From IMG/VR virus record IMGVR_UViG_3300027260_000002: a stretch of 64,000 nt of DNA, one strand, 5' to 3'. Position numbers and translations under genes: made by a program. Position 1 is the stretch's first letter; every line of letters starts with the position of its first letter. The notes under the pieces were generated by a model. It was given only the letters and a program-made list of their open reading frames with translations, did no database searches and was not told where the DNA came from. Positions 18,522-27,279 of the stretch are shown here, in pieces. The stretch comes from a virus. Its lineage: Duplodnaviria; Heunggongvirae; Uroviricota; Caudoviricetes.

Positions 18522-18568
18522 ATAAACATGTACATTTTATCAAAACTTTGGTAAGGTGGACCTATAAT
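18522..18568 (+). promoter_or_regulatory. conserved early-promoter cassette (PeSL-like)
   Basis: AATAAACATGTACA (ATGTACA 18528-18534), N17, TAAGGT 18552-18557, TATAAT 18563-18568, then GAAGGA and ATG 18586. Confidence 0.55.
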
Positions 18569-18585
18569 CAAGAAGGAAAAAACAC

Positions 18586-18837
18586 ATGTACTCCATTCAA
18601 TATTTCGATCGTCTTAACAACAACCTCGACACCTCTTCGCCAAAATTCCCTACCATTCAACTTCTCGTCGATTTTATCAATCAAAATCCCGACCTCGAAT
18701 ATTCTATCGTCCTCTACAAAAACTTCTTCGTCGCACCAACCGTCGACGATATTATCCTTAACCAAAAACCTCGTCCAAAATTTGTCAAACTTATGACTAA
18801 AGTTTCTACCACTCTCGACAATTACGTATCTTCATAA
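18586..18837 (+). CDS. hypothetical protein
   Basis: First ORF after the promoter cassette. Confidence 0.4.
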   Translation: MYSIQYFDRLNNNLDTSSPKFPTIQLLVDFINQNPDLEYSIVLYKNFFVAPTVDDIILNQKPRPKFVKLMTKVSTTLDNYVSS

Positions 18838-18886
18838 AAATAAACATGTACATTTTATTGCAGATTTGGTAAGGTGGATCTATAAT
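18838..18886 (+). promoter_or_regulatory. conserved early-promoter cassette (PeSL-like)
   Basis: ATGTACA 18846-18852, N17, TAAGGT 18870-18875, TATAAT 18881-18886. Confidence 0.55.
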
Positions 18887-18998
18887 GAAGAAGGATATGA
18901 TGATGTCTGCTGAAGAACAAGAATTCTGGGAAGGTTATGAAGCTTGGCTCGATGAGCAAGCCGATCGTGCTGCATACGAACGTATGGTGGAAATGTGA
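18885..18998 (+). CDS. micro-ORF (37 aa, acidic)
   Basis: MKKDMMMSAEEQEFWEGYEAWLDEQADRAAYERMVEM. Its ATG is embedded in the cassette TATAATG, so the true start may be the MMM at 18897. Confidence 0.3.
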   Translation: MKKDMMMSAEEQEFWEGYEAWLDEQADRAAYERMVEM

Positions 18999-19633
18999 CT
19001 CGATTTGTAAACAGATTCGTTATCTCTGACCATCATCTTGGTCATACGAACTCGTGGGAAAAGTTCAAACTATCTGACGGCAGTCCGCTGCGTCCGTTCA
19101 CCTCGACTGAAGAGATGAACGAGACCATGATTGAACGCCACAATGCCAAAGTGAAAGAGCAGGACACTGTCTACTTTCTTGGCGACGTAGTAATCAATAA
19201 GAAGTATCTCGAACTGGTAAAGCGTATGAACGGCCGTAAGATCCTGATTCGTGGTAACCATGACATCTTTAAGGATGAAGACTATCGTGCAGTTGGCTTT
19301 GAGCAGATGCACGGTGTTCGTGTGTTTGTGGATAAGTTCATTCTGAGCCATATCCCACTGCACCCTGACTGTGTGACAGAACGTTTCAAGGTCAACGTCC
19401 ATGGACATCTTCATGCGAATGAGGTCAAAATGCCGTGGGGAGTTAATGCTGATAGAAACGAAATCATATATGCTGACTTCCCGGATCCTCGCTATCTGTG
19501 TGTCTCGGTTGAGCATACGAACTATGAGCCTCTGCACTTCGATGAAGTTCAAGCTCGCATCGATAAGCGTTGGGCAGATACTGGTTACACCGGTCCTGCC
19601 AAGGCTTGGGGTAATGGAAGTGGACCTGGTTGA
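18995..19633 (+). CDS. calcineurin-like metallophosphoesterase
   Basis: GTG start. SDHHLGH, GDVV, GNHD, GHLH motifs. Confidence 0.65.
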   Translation: MTRFVNRFVISDHHLGHTNSWEKFKLSDGSPLRPFTSTEEMNETMIERHNAKVKEQDTVYFLGDVVINKKYLELVKRMNGRKILIRGNHDIFKDEDYRAVGFEQMHGVRVFVDKFILSHIPLHPDCVTERFKVNVHGHLHANEVKMPWGVNADRNEIIYADFPDPRYLCVSVEHTNYEPLHFDEVQARIDKRWADTGYTGPAKAWGNGSGPG

Positions 19634-20007
19634 TGAGTAAACTAGTACAAGCAGTTGAGGCATCAGCTGGTCGCAATTATCAGCGCCGTATGAAGCCTGA
19701 GGGGCTCCTTTCTTCTATGATTAATGTAGAAGCCACGATGAATAAGGACGTGGTGCGCTACACACAGACGCGGTATAGTATCCGAGCCAAGCTCGGCGCT
19801 GATGCGTGGGTAGATGATCACCGCCCCGAAGCACTTCCTAAGGCCATCGTGCAAACGCAGCGAGCTATTACGGAAGCTGTGTTCGGGGAATTCAGACCAT
19901 ACTTTCGTGAGTTGAATCTGGCAGTGTTAGATGGTAAGTATGACGATCTTTATGAGATTCTAGATCGGTTTGAGAAGCAGATGTTTAAGGCAGATAGTTT
20001 CGAATAG
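19630..20007 (+). CDS. hypothetical protein
   Basis: ORF with ATGA coupling to the upstream ORF. Confidence 0.4.
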   Translation: MMSKLVQAVEASAGRNYQRRMKPEGLLSSMINVEATMNKDVVRYTQTRYSIRAKLGADAWVDDHRPEALPKAIVQTQRAITEAVFGEFRPYFRELNLAVLDGKYDDLYEILDRFEKQMFKADSFE

Positions 20008-20049
20008 CTGTTGCCATTATCTAATAAGTGATGTATAAGGAGATATAGA

Positions 20050-20226
20050 ATGAGTAAAATGATTTTCGCGTTTCTGGCTATCTTCGCAGTCGTGTTCCTT
20101 GCGATCCAAGGTTTCACTGCTGCAAGTGGTCGTGAAAAACTTCAGCTCGCCAAGGTGCTGGGGTATAGTTTGGCTTGTGCCACCTTGGCGACTGTGATTG
20201 CAGTTTCAATCGTTGTATTGTTTTAA
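20050..20226 (+). CDS. small two-TM membrane protein (58 aa)
   Basis: TAAGGAG RBS. MSKMIFAFLAIFAVVFLAIQGF...LACATLATVIAVSIVVLF. Below the ORF-track length cutoff. Confidence 0.45.
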   Translation: MSKMIFAFLAIFAVVFLAIQGFTAASGREKLQLAKVLGYSLACATLATVIAVSIVVLF

Positions 20227-20237
20227 AGGAATATATT

Positions 20238-21035
20238 ATGAAAAATGTTACTAAGGTTGCTGTTCTCGCTGGTCTGATGGCCACGACTGCTGCATGTACT
20301 CGTATCGAAACAGGTGAAGTTGGTGTTCGTCGTTCGTTCGACAAGACTATTGAAACCACTGAGTTGATGCCTGGTTCTGTTAATCAGACCATCTTCGGTG
20401 ATGTCATGACATTCCCAACGAAGGACGTTCAGGTTGATGTGTCTGACTTGACTCCATTGGCTTCGGACAACTCGACTGTTGCCGACTTCGATATGGCAGT
20501 GATCTACTCGATCAATCCAGGTTCTGTCGCAGAACTCTACATCGAGAAGAACCGTGGTTTTCACGCTGACACCGAAGAAGGTGATACTCTTCTGATGTAC
20601 AACTACATCCGTCAGCTTGGTCGTAATGCTGCCTATAAGGTTGCTCGTCGTTACGAGTCATTGAAGATGGCTGATAACCGTGCTGAGATGGAACAGTTGA
20701 TTCGTCAGGAAGTTGTAGCACAGCTCGCTTCTGAGAAGCTTGACGGTGCAATTTCAATCTCACAGGTTCTTGTTCGTCAGGTAAAGCCTGCTGCAAACAT
20801 CGTAGCCTCGGCTAATGCGCTTGTTCAAGCTCAGAATGCTGAGAAGCAGAAGCAAGTCGAAGTTCGTACTGCTAAGCTTGAAGCACAACGTATTGCTGCT
20901 CTGAATGCCAACGCTGGTGCAACGAAGTACATGGAAGCAACTGCTATCGTTACTATTGCCGAAGCTGTCAAGGACGGTAAGGTCAACACGATCGTTATCC
21001 CTTACGACTTCAAGGGTATCGTCAACGTAAAGTAA
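20238..21035 (+). CDS. SPFH/band-7 (stomatin/prohibitin-like) lipoprotein
   Basis: ATG 20238. Signal plus Cys (LMATTAAC). SPFH-like core IETGEVGVRRSF ... coiled-coil Ala/Gln-rich C-terminus. Confidence 0.55.
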   Translation: MKNVTKVAVLAGLMATTAACTRIETGEVGVRRSFDKTIETTELMPGSVNQTIFGDVMTFPTKDVQVDVSDLTPLASDNSTVADFDMAVIYSINPGSVAELYIEKNRGFHADTEEGDTLLMYNYIRQLGRNAAYKVARRYESLKMADNRAEMEQLIRQEVVAQLASEKLDGAISISQVLVRQVKPAANIVASANALVQAQNAEKQKQVEVRTAKLEAQRIAALNANAGATKYMEATAIVTIAEAVKDGKVNTIVIPYDFKGIVNVK

Positions 21036-21068
21036 GCATGTACAATTAATGCGTGGTAGTGTATACCA
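21030..21068 (+). promoter_or_regulatory. CATGTACA-N17-TATACC promoter
   Basis: ATGTACA 21038-21044, hexamer 21062-21067, then AGGAGG RBS and ATG 21090. Confidence 0.45.
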
Positions 21069-21089
21069 GAATCAGGAGGAAATTATATT

Positions 21090-21509
21090 ATGACAATGCA
21101 TCTTCTTGGTCCTGCTTACACTACCACTCATCATGGCAAGCGTAAGTCCAAAATGACAACTTCGAAGTATACCAAAATTGGTTTGGCTTGGCTCGAAGAC
21201 TGTAAGTTTTGCAAGCGTATTGGCGTCAAGCCAAAGACGTTCGAAGAATATCAGCAATACCGTGCAGGCAACTACAAGCCGAAGCTTCGTGGCACGCCGA
21301 TGCCTGATTACAACGTATCAGATCATCGTAAGAAGTACCCATCTCAGAACGAGATCGGTGTACACTACGCAAAGAATTCTTCTTACGAGAAAGAAAAGCT
21401 TGCCGTCAGTGGCAATTATATCATCGGCCAAGCCTATAACAAAGGCGGACTTGTTGTCCTTTCCAAGTCTGAAGCGGCCGATCCGGCAACTGGTAAGAGA
21501 CGCGGTTGA
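21090..21509 (+). CDS. hypothetical basic protein
   Basis: Strong AGGAGG RBS. Confidence 0.45.
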   Translation: MTMHLLGPAYTTTHHGKRKSKMTTSKYTKIGLAWLEDCKFCKRIGVKPKTFEEYQQYRAGNYKPKLRGTPMPDYNVSDHRKKYPSQNEIGVHYAKNSSYEKEKLAVSGNYIIGQAYNKGGLVVLSKSEAADPATGKRRG

Positions 21510-21540
21510 GCATCGTGTTCCTCCTCTCATCGTTGCCGTT

Positions 21541-21597
21541 CTTGGCGATCTTAGGCTTCTTCCTTTGGGTCGGGTTTAAGGTCGCCAAGATTTTTTT
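21541..21597 (+). terminator. candidate terminator (10-bp stem with large loop plus T7 run)
   Basis: CTTGGCGATC ... GGTCGCCAAG then ATTTTTTT. Followed by a degenerate cassette remnant TTGTAGTAAGGTGAACCTATG. Confidence 0.4.
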
Positions 21598-21689
21598 GCG
21601 ATTTGCCCTCTATGGTTTTCTTTTTATTATTTTGATTCTTCTCGCTTTAGGGGGTTTACAAAATTAGTTTTTTGTAGTAAGGTGAACCT

Positions 21690-21923
21690 ATGATTGACCA
21701 TACACCAACTTATTCCGCCTTTCGTACACCACTCGCAATGGCTGGCATCAATTTTCACGACCATCATTTGGTCGGTCTGACATGGCCATATATAAACTGT
21801 AAAGGCAAACAGTATCACGTCACGATGCTCGATCAAGGTTGGGTGTGTGACTGTCCTGGTTTTAACTTCTATAATAAATGTAAGCACATTACACAAGTGC
21901 ACGAAAAGGTGATAGCAGAATGA
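21690..21923 (+). CDS. SWIM-type zinc-finger protein
   Basis: CDCPGFNFYNKCKH fits the CxCx(n)CxH SWIM motif. Confidence 0.5.
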   Translation: MIDHTPTYSAFRTPLAMAGINFHDHHLVGLTWPYINCKGKQYHVTMLDQGWVCDCPGFNFYNKCKHITQVHEKVIAE

Positions 21924-22315
21924 TTGTTCAGAACGCAGTAAATTGTTTGTCATGTGGAGATCTCATCATCTCTAAACATCGTCATGACTTTGTAAATTGC
22001 ACTTGCGGTGCTGTATGGGTAGATGGCGGTCAGGACTACCTGCGTCGTGTAGGTGACTTTGAAAACGCCGTCGACTTGTCTTGGTCACTGCCAGACAAGT
22101 TATATTTTGATTGTGCTGATGCTGCTGGCCTTGCTATGGATAGCGGTCGTAATACTAAAGGCATCGCCAATGCAGTGATGCGTACTCTTCGTGAAGCTGG
22201 TCGAGTGATCGCCGAAGGTGAACAAAGAATTCTAGCTCATAATCCTCGTATGGATGAGATTATGGTCGAAGAAGCCGATGGCACCATCAATCGTTATAAG
22301 AAAGTTGTAGAATGA
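21920..22315 (+). CDS. hypothetical protein with N-terminal zinc-ribbon-like cysteines
   Basis: CLSCGD...CTCG. Confidence 0.4.
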   Translation: MIVQNAVNCLSCGDLIISKHRHDFVNCTCGAVWVDGGQDYLRRVGDFENAVDLSWSLPDKLYFDCADAAGLAMDSGRNTKGIANAVMRTLREAGRVIAEGEQRILAHNPRMDEIMVEEADGTINRYKKVVE

Positions 22316-23421
22316 AAGAAGCATGCATCGTCGGCTTTGGAATGATCGATGCGTTAGGTGATAATCCCATCGATTGTTGGGAGAATATGCTTAATGATCG
22401 AGACTTCCATAAACCTATCGATCCTCATGTTCATGAAGGCCACAATCTTAAAGTTAAGTACGGGTTTTATCCTGAAATTGATATCGATGAAGAATTACAA
22501 CCTCGAGCAGTAGCTTATGGTATGCATGCGGTTGAGCAAGCTTTACACATGGCAAATTTGCCGCATTCATCGAATGTAGGTGTCATCTTCTCGACTCTTT
22601 TAGGCGGCAACTCGACAAAAGCAAAGTTAGATGCCGAAGGTCGAAAGATGAAACCAAAACAGATCCTTCGCTCAACGATGGATTATCTCTGCAGTCAAAT
22701 CTCAATTAAGTATGGATATACTGGTATCAATACCATGGTGTATTCTGCTTGTGCTACAGGTTTGGTAAGCATCGAATATGCTATGCGAATGCTCGATGAG
22801 TATGACTATGTGATCGTAGGCGGTTCTGATGCTGGCGTAAATCACATGGATCTCTACTTCTTCTCGATTATCAAGGCGATCGGTTCGAAGTCGATGCCAT
22901 TCGATAAGAATCGCGACGGTTTTATTATGGGTGAAGGTGCAGGTTGCATCATCCTTCAGTCGAGAGAAAAGGCCGAAGCGATGGGTTCGAAGGTATATGC
23001 TCGCATCACTGGAGTTTCGAATGCTTCAGATGCACACGATCCGACTGCACCTTCTGGAGCCGGAGCTCGTCTTTGCTTGGAGAAGCTGGATCTCGAAGGA
23101 GTCGACTCAGTCAACTCGCATGGAACCAGCACTCCACTCGGAGATGTGGTAGAGTATGACGTGGTTCGCGAGTTTACTGATGCACCGATCTATTCCAATA
23201 AAGGAAAAATTGGACATACTTTCGCTGCAGCAGGTGTACTTGAAACAATTTACAGTGTACTGTCTATTCAGAACGGTGTGATTCCTCATACCGCTGGTTG
23301 TCAAGACACTGATATGGATGTGGTGATGGAGAACATCGAGACAGATGTCAAGAAAGTTCTTGTCAATTCATTTGGATTTGGTGGTAAGTGTTGTTCAATT
23401 ATTGTTGAAAAGGAAAAGTAA
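22312..23421 (+). CDS. beta-ketoacyl-ACP synthase (KAS I/II, FabB/FabF-like)
   Basis: Active-site blocks YSACATGL (Cys), HGTSTPLGD (His), GKIGHTFAAAG (His), and C-terminal NSFGFGG. Confidence 0.8.
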   Translation: MKEACIVGFGMIDALGDNPIDCWENMLNDRDFHKPIDPHVHEGHNLKVKYGFYPEIDIDEELQPRAVAYGMHAVEQALHMANLPHSSNVGVIFSTLLGGNSTKAKLDAEGRKMKPKQILRSTMDYLCSQISIKYGYTGINTMVYSACATGLVSIEYAMRMLDEYDYVIVGGSDAGVNHMDLYFFSIIKAIGSKSMPFDKNRDGFIMGEGAGCIILQSREKAEAMGSKVYARITGVSNASDAHDPTAPSGAGARLCLEKLDLEGVDSVNSHGTSTPLGDVVEYDVVREFTDAPIYSNKGKIGHTFAAAGVLETIYSVLSIQNGVIPHTAGCQDTDMDVVMENIETDVKKVLVNSFGFGGKCCSIIVEKEK

Positions 23422-23422
23422 A

Positions 23423-23668
23423 ATGTCTTCTGGATATACTGTAGAACTCGATTGGGAAACTGTAGACCACGTCGTGGTCGGTCAGCTGCGTAATACATGG
23501 GAAGCTTTAAAGGGCAATCTCGGCAATGGCGACTGGGTTTTTGTCTGGGGTGATCAAGAAGCCGATGATGCCGAGATCCAAAAGCACATCGACGCGCTCG
23601 AACTTCTCCTCAAGTGGTACTCCACTCCCGATGAGCTGGTAAAAATGGGACTCAAAGAAGGTGCCTAA
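23423..23668 (+). CDS. hypothetical acidic protein
   Basis: Internal ATG 23423 in the track ORF frame, immediately after the KAS stop. Confidence 0.4.
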   Translation: MSSGYTVELDWETVDHVVVGQLRNTWEALKGNLGNGDWVFVWGDQEADDAEIQKHIDALELLLKWYSTPDELVKMGLKEGA

Positions 23669-24047
23669 GTATCTTGTAGAGACAATCGACTTCTTTCGCA
23701 TGCGATATGTCGTGGAATGCGAGAGCGCAGAACATGCCAAAGACGTCGTGACGATGAAAGAAGCTGAAGAGTTCAGTCAATTATATCTTGACGAGACTAT
23801 CACTTCTACTCGCGTGATTGATGATGCAGAGTATCTTCGCATCTTCGACGAAGATAATGACTATCTCAAAGAGTGGTCAGAAGAAGAGAAATTTAAGTAT
23901 GTGCACGAAGTAGTCTATGATACTCCAAATCCAAGTATGAAAGAACTCGATCCGGATCAACGGGATTGGGAATATGATGGTTGTGGAGTAAAAGTCTGGA
24001 AAGGCACGATGCAACGTTATGAGGTAGAAAACGATGGAACAGAATAA
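23661..24047 (+). CDS. hypothetical protein
   Basis: ORF. No recognisable motifs. Confidence 0.4.
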   Translation: MPKYLVETIDFFRMRYVVECESAEHAKDVVTMKEAEEFSQLYLDETITSTRVIDDAEYLRIFDEDNDYLKEWSEEEKFKYVHEVVYDTPNPSMKELDPDQRDWEYDGCGVKVWKGTMQRYEVENDGTE

Positions 24048-24297
24048 AGTATATACAATTAAGCTTATGTCGGGCGAAGAACTCATTGCTCGTGTCAAGC
24101 AAGAAGGTGGTGTCACCGAACTGTTGAAGCCTCGTACAGTTGGTATGGGACCTCAGGGTTTTGCTATGATGCCATGGATGATGTCAGCTCCTGATAACAA
24201 CGTCGTAATCTCTGACACAGTCATTGTCGGTGCTACTGAAACGAGTGCACAGGTTGCTACACAATATCTGAAACAAGTAACAGGAATACAAGTCTAA
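24034..24297 (+). CDS. hypothetical protein
   Basis: ORF. No recognisable motifs. Confidence 0.4.
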   Translation: MEQNKVYTIKLMSGEELIARVKQEGGVTELLKPRTVGMGPQGFAMMPWMMSAPDNNVVISDTVIVGATETSAQVATQYLKQVTGIQV

Positions 24298-24713
24298 TGT
24301 TAGAATGTTTGATTATGGGCGATTCGATCGCCGTTGGAACGAAGATGTTTGCTCCGAAAGAATGTGTATCATATTCGAAGGGCGGTTGGAATACTTGGCA
24401 ATGGAACAAGAAGTGGGGTAAAACTCCGCTTGAAGCCAAGACAATCGTAATCAGCCTCGGAACAAACGATCATAGCGGCGTTGATACGAAAAAAGAGTTG
24501 ACAAAAATTAGAACTCGTGTTAAGGTAGGCAATGTAGTATGGATTATGCCTCCTTGTAACAAAGGCTTTTGTAAACCTAAGGTCAACGCCATAGTAAAAA
24601 GCATTGCCGTAAGCTACGGAGATCGTATCATTGCTACATCGTATGTTCAACCTGATGATATCCATCCATCGTGGCGTGGATATAAAGATCTCGTAAAGAA
24701 AGCTGGAATATGA
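24297..24713 (+). CDS. SGNH/GDSL-type hydrolase
   Basis: IMGDSIAVG (GDS block), SLGTND (GxND), DDIHPS (DxxH). Confidence 0.55.
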   Translation: MLECLIMGDSIAVGTKMFAPKECVSYSKGGWNTWQWNKKWGKTPLEAKTIVISLGTNDHSGVDTKKELTKIRTRVKVGNVVWIMPPCNKGFCKPKVNAIVKSIAVSYGDRIIATSYVQPDDIHPSWRGYKDLVKKAGI

Positions 24714-25267
24714 ATCTTTTCATTCTCGACAGTGATCCTGTAGTTGCTGCGCAGCTGCAGTGTGACAAGCATGTCGTGAAGATGATCGTCGAGAGTGCTC
24801 AAATGCTCTCGACTGTACATCGTATGCTCGACGGTGTAGAGACACGTGTGCCTTCAAAGTCTGGTAAGACAATGTCGAAGGCATGGACTCTACCTGACGA
24901 GCGCGAAGATACATTCTATCGTGCAGTGCATATGCACCATCCTTGTACGATTTGGACTGCACAAAGTAATAACAACTACAACTGGCATTACGTCCACTTT
25001 GTAGCTCTTTGTGACGAGTATACATATCGCTACGGCAAGGTTCATAGCACAGATACATTGCTTCGCGAAGCACTCAAGCAATTGCCTCGTAACATTCCTG
25101 TCGGTTACAAGACTCCTCAGCCGTTGGCAATGAAGGCCAATCCTGAGTGTATCGACTACAATGATATCGTAGGTTCATATCGTAAGTTCTATCAGACGAA
25201 GCAGGCTCGATTCAAGATGGCATGGACTAAACGTCCAATTCCAGAATGGTTTGCAGTCGCAGCCTAA
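24710..25267 (+). CDS. hypothetical protein
   Basis: ORF with ATGA coupling to the upstream ORF. Confidence 0.45.
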   Translation: MNLFILDSDPVVAAQLQCDKHVVKMIVESAQMLSTVHRMLDGVETRVPSKSGKTMSKAWTLPDEREDTFYRAVHMHHPCTIWTAQSNNNYNWHYVHFVALCDEYTYRYGKVHSTDTLLREALKQLPRNIPVGYKTPQPLAMKANPECIDYNDIVGSYRKFYQTKQARFKMAWTKRPIPEWFAVAA

Positions 25268-25290
25268 CAACATAAATAGAAGTAATACGA

Positions 25291-25322
25291 CCGCTCCAGT
25301 ATACTGGGGCGGTTTTCTTTTG
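25291..25322 (+). terminator. rho-independent terminator
   Basis: CCGCTCCAG-TATA-CTGGGGCGG hairpin plus TTTTCTTTT. Confidence 0.6.
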
Positions 25323-25351
25323 TTTAATAAATAAGTTTAGAACTTAGAACG

Positions 25352-26635
25352 GTGCAACGAATGCTTTCTACTGATGCAAAATCCCAATCTGCTATTATTT
25401 CAGAATATGAAGCAGAGTTGGCAAAGAAAAACATCAAGATAGTAAAGTCATCTCGTGGAGGAAAGCATCTTCGATTCTCATATCCAGGAGATCATAAGAA
25501 ACTCCTAAACGATATTATTAAATGTGAGCTTACGGATAGTACGTTTGTAATCTCAGGAAAATATCGTACAGAAGAACTTACTATCAAAGAAGCGGTAGAT
25601 GGAGCCAAGGTCGGAGACAAGATCTATGTCGTCAATGCTGTGTCATCTCGTGGCGAACTTCGTACAAAAGAATTGACACCTGAACGTATCGGTGTGGCTA
25701 CTGGCAAAAAGATCGGCAAGTTAGAATTTAAGAGAAAGGTGATGCAAGGCATCAACAGCCTCGGAGTTTCGGTTGTCGTCAAAGAGTTTATGAAAGATCT
25801 CATGGATTCTGCCGAAACAATGGGTGGTAAAATCAGATCAGAATATATCGAACAGATATCGGATTCAGATATCAACATTATCGCCAAAGATTTCGGTGAA
25901 GTCACAGGCGCATGGTGGTTTTTAAACGTATACGATAAGACTGCGGACGGGATCATATATCCTACTCAGAGCAATCTCAGACTGGTCGACTACTATGCCA
26001 CATATCCAAAGAAACCTAACCTTGCGATATCAGCCAAGGCTGGTAAAGGTGCACCTCCATCTATCGATGCGATCGCCGATATTTTAGATAAGATCAATTA
26101 CACTGACTCGAAGAAGAAGATAGCCAAGAACCTTATTATCGCCATTCGTAACAGCTCTGTGTTAGATGGCATCGTTCGTGGTTCTGCCGAGGTAAAAACT
26201 CCCGGCTGGAATGCACTCGTCAAACTGATGGGAAACAATATCACTCCAGCCTCGATTGAAATATTCTTATCAAAATATAAAACTGCAGAAGAACTCCTAA
26301 AAGTTTTAGATCCGCTATACAAGATTATGGGAAGAGCGGCTTCTATGGACATCACAAAACGGATCGTTGGAAATAGGGCAAAGAGAAACGGTTTGATACT
26401 GTCACCGCTTGCATATCACCTCGTAGATATGATGAACGCAGACAAGACATATTCTAACGTTCTGAATGAAGCCACAAAGCAGATCAACGTGAGTCAGCTC
26501 TACATCAATATCTACAAGACTCAGAAGCTGGTAAAATACAACATTCAGGAGTTTAAGGACATCGACTTCAAGTTCGAGTACAACGGAAACGCTGGCATGC
26601 CAGGCCTGAAAAAAATCTCATTCAAAGCGAAATAA
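25352..26635 (+). CDS. hypothetical protein (AT-rich gene)
   Basis: 427-aa ORF of noticeably lower GC than its neighbours. Confidence 0.45.
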   Translation: MQRMLSTDAKSQSAIISEYEAELAKKNIKIVKSSRGGKHLRFSYPGDHKKLLNDIIKCELTDSTFVISGKYRTEELTIKEAVDGAKVGDKIYVVNAVSSRGELRTKELTPERIGVATGKKIGKLEFKRKVMQGINSLGVSVVVKEFMKDLMDSAETMGGKIRSEYIEQISDSDINIIAKDFGEVTGAWWFLNVYDKTADGIIYPTQSNLRLVDYYATYPKKPNLAISAKAGKGAPPSIDAIADILDKINYTDSKKKIAKNLIIAIRNSSVLDGIVRGSAEVKTPGWNALVKLMGNNITPASIEIFLSKYKTAEELLKVLDPLYKIMGRAASMDITKRIVGNRAKRNGLILSPLAYHLVDMMNADKTYSNVLNEATKQINVSQLYINIYKTQKLVKYNIQEFKDIDFKFEYNGNAGMPGLKKISFKAK

Positions 26636-26668
26636 GCATGTACATTATTTCGAAAACAATATAGAGTG
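26630..26668 (+). promoter_or_regulatory. CATGTACA-N17-TAGAGT promoter
   Basis: ATGTACA 26638-26644, hexamer 26662-26667. Confidence 0.4.
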
Positions 26669-26673
26669 TAACT

Positions 26674-27279
26674 ATGATAAAGAAACGATTTAGAGAGTTT
26701 GTTGGTAGTGGTACACTCACGATATTCGATATCGATGAGACGCTGTTCCATACATATGCAAAGGTTGCCGTTGTCAAAGATGGCAAGGTTGTTCGAATGC
26801 TAGACAACCAAGAGTTCAACACTTACAAGCGTAAGAAGGGTGAAACCTACGACTTCGGAGAGTTTGCTAACGCAGAAGTATTCCGCAAGTCATCGAAGCC
26901 TATCACTCGTATGGTTGCTAAAACGAAAGCTATCTTTGCCAACTCTCGTAAGAATCCTCATAGTCGAGTGATTATCTGTACAGCACGAGCTGACTTCGAT
27001 AACAAGGATATCTTCCTTCAGACGTTTCGAGATCATGGTCTACCTATCGATAATATCCATGTAGAACGAGCTGGTAACCTGAAGATCGACTCTTCGGCAG
27101 AAGCCAAGAAGATCATCTTCCGTAAATATATAAATACTAAGAATTACGTAAAGCTTCGGTTGTTTGATGATGCTCCTAGCAATCTTCAGGCATTTCTTTC
27201 GTTGAAGAAAGAGTTTCCTGATATTACGTTCGAAGCCTTCTTTGTAAATCCTGATGGATCGGTAAAAACAGTACGATGA
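26674..27279 (+). CDS. HAD-superfamily phosphatase
   Basis: IFDIDETLF (DxDxT motif I). Confidence 0.55.
   Translation: MIKKRFREFVGSGTLTIFDIDETLFHTYAKVAVVKDGKVVRMLDNQEFNTYKRKKGETYDFGEFANAEVFRKSSKPITRMVAKTKAIFANSRKNPHSRVIICTARADFDNKDIFLQTFRDHGLPIDNIHVERAGNLKIDSSAEAKKIIFRKYINTKNYVKLRLFDDAPSNLQAFLSLKKEFPDITFEAFFVNPDGSVKTVR

Noticed and set aside
18247-18543. 98-aa minus-strand ORF over the promoter/terminator region
   Set aside because: It covers two promoter cassettes and a terminator. The region fits a small non-coding unit better.
21178-21579. 133-aa +strand ORF spanning the 21090-21509 gene end and the terminator hairpin
   Set aside because: It is in an alternative frame over a better-supported gene and runs through a structured terminator. 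It is likely spurious.
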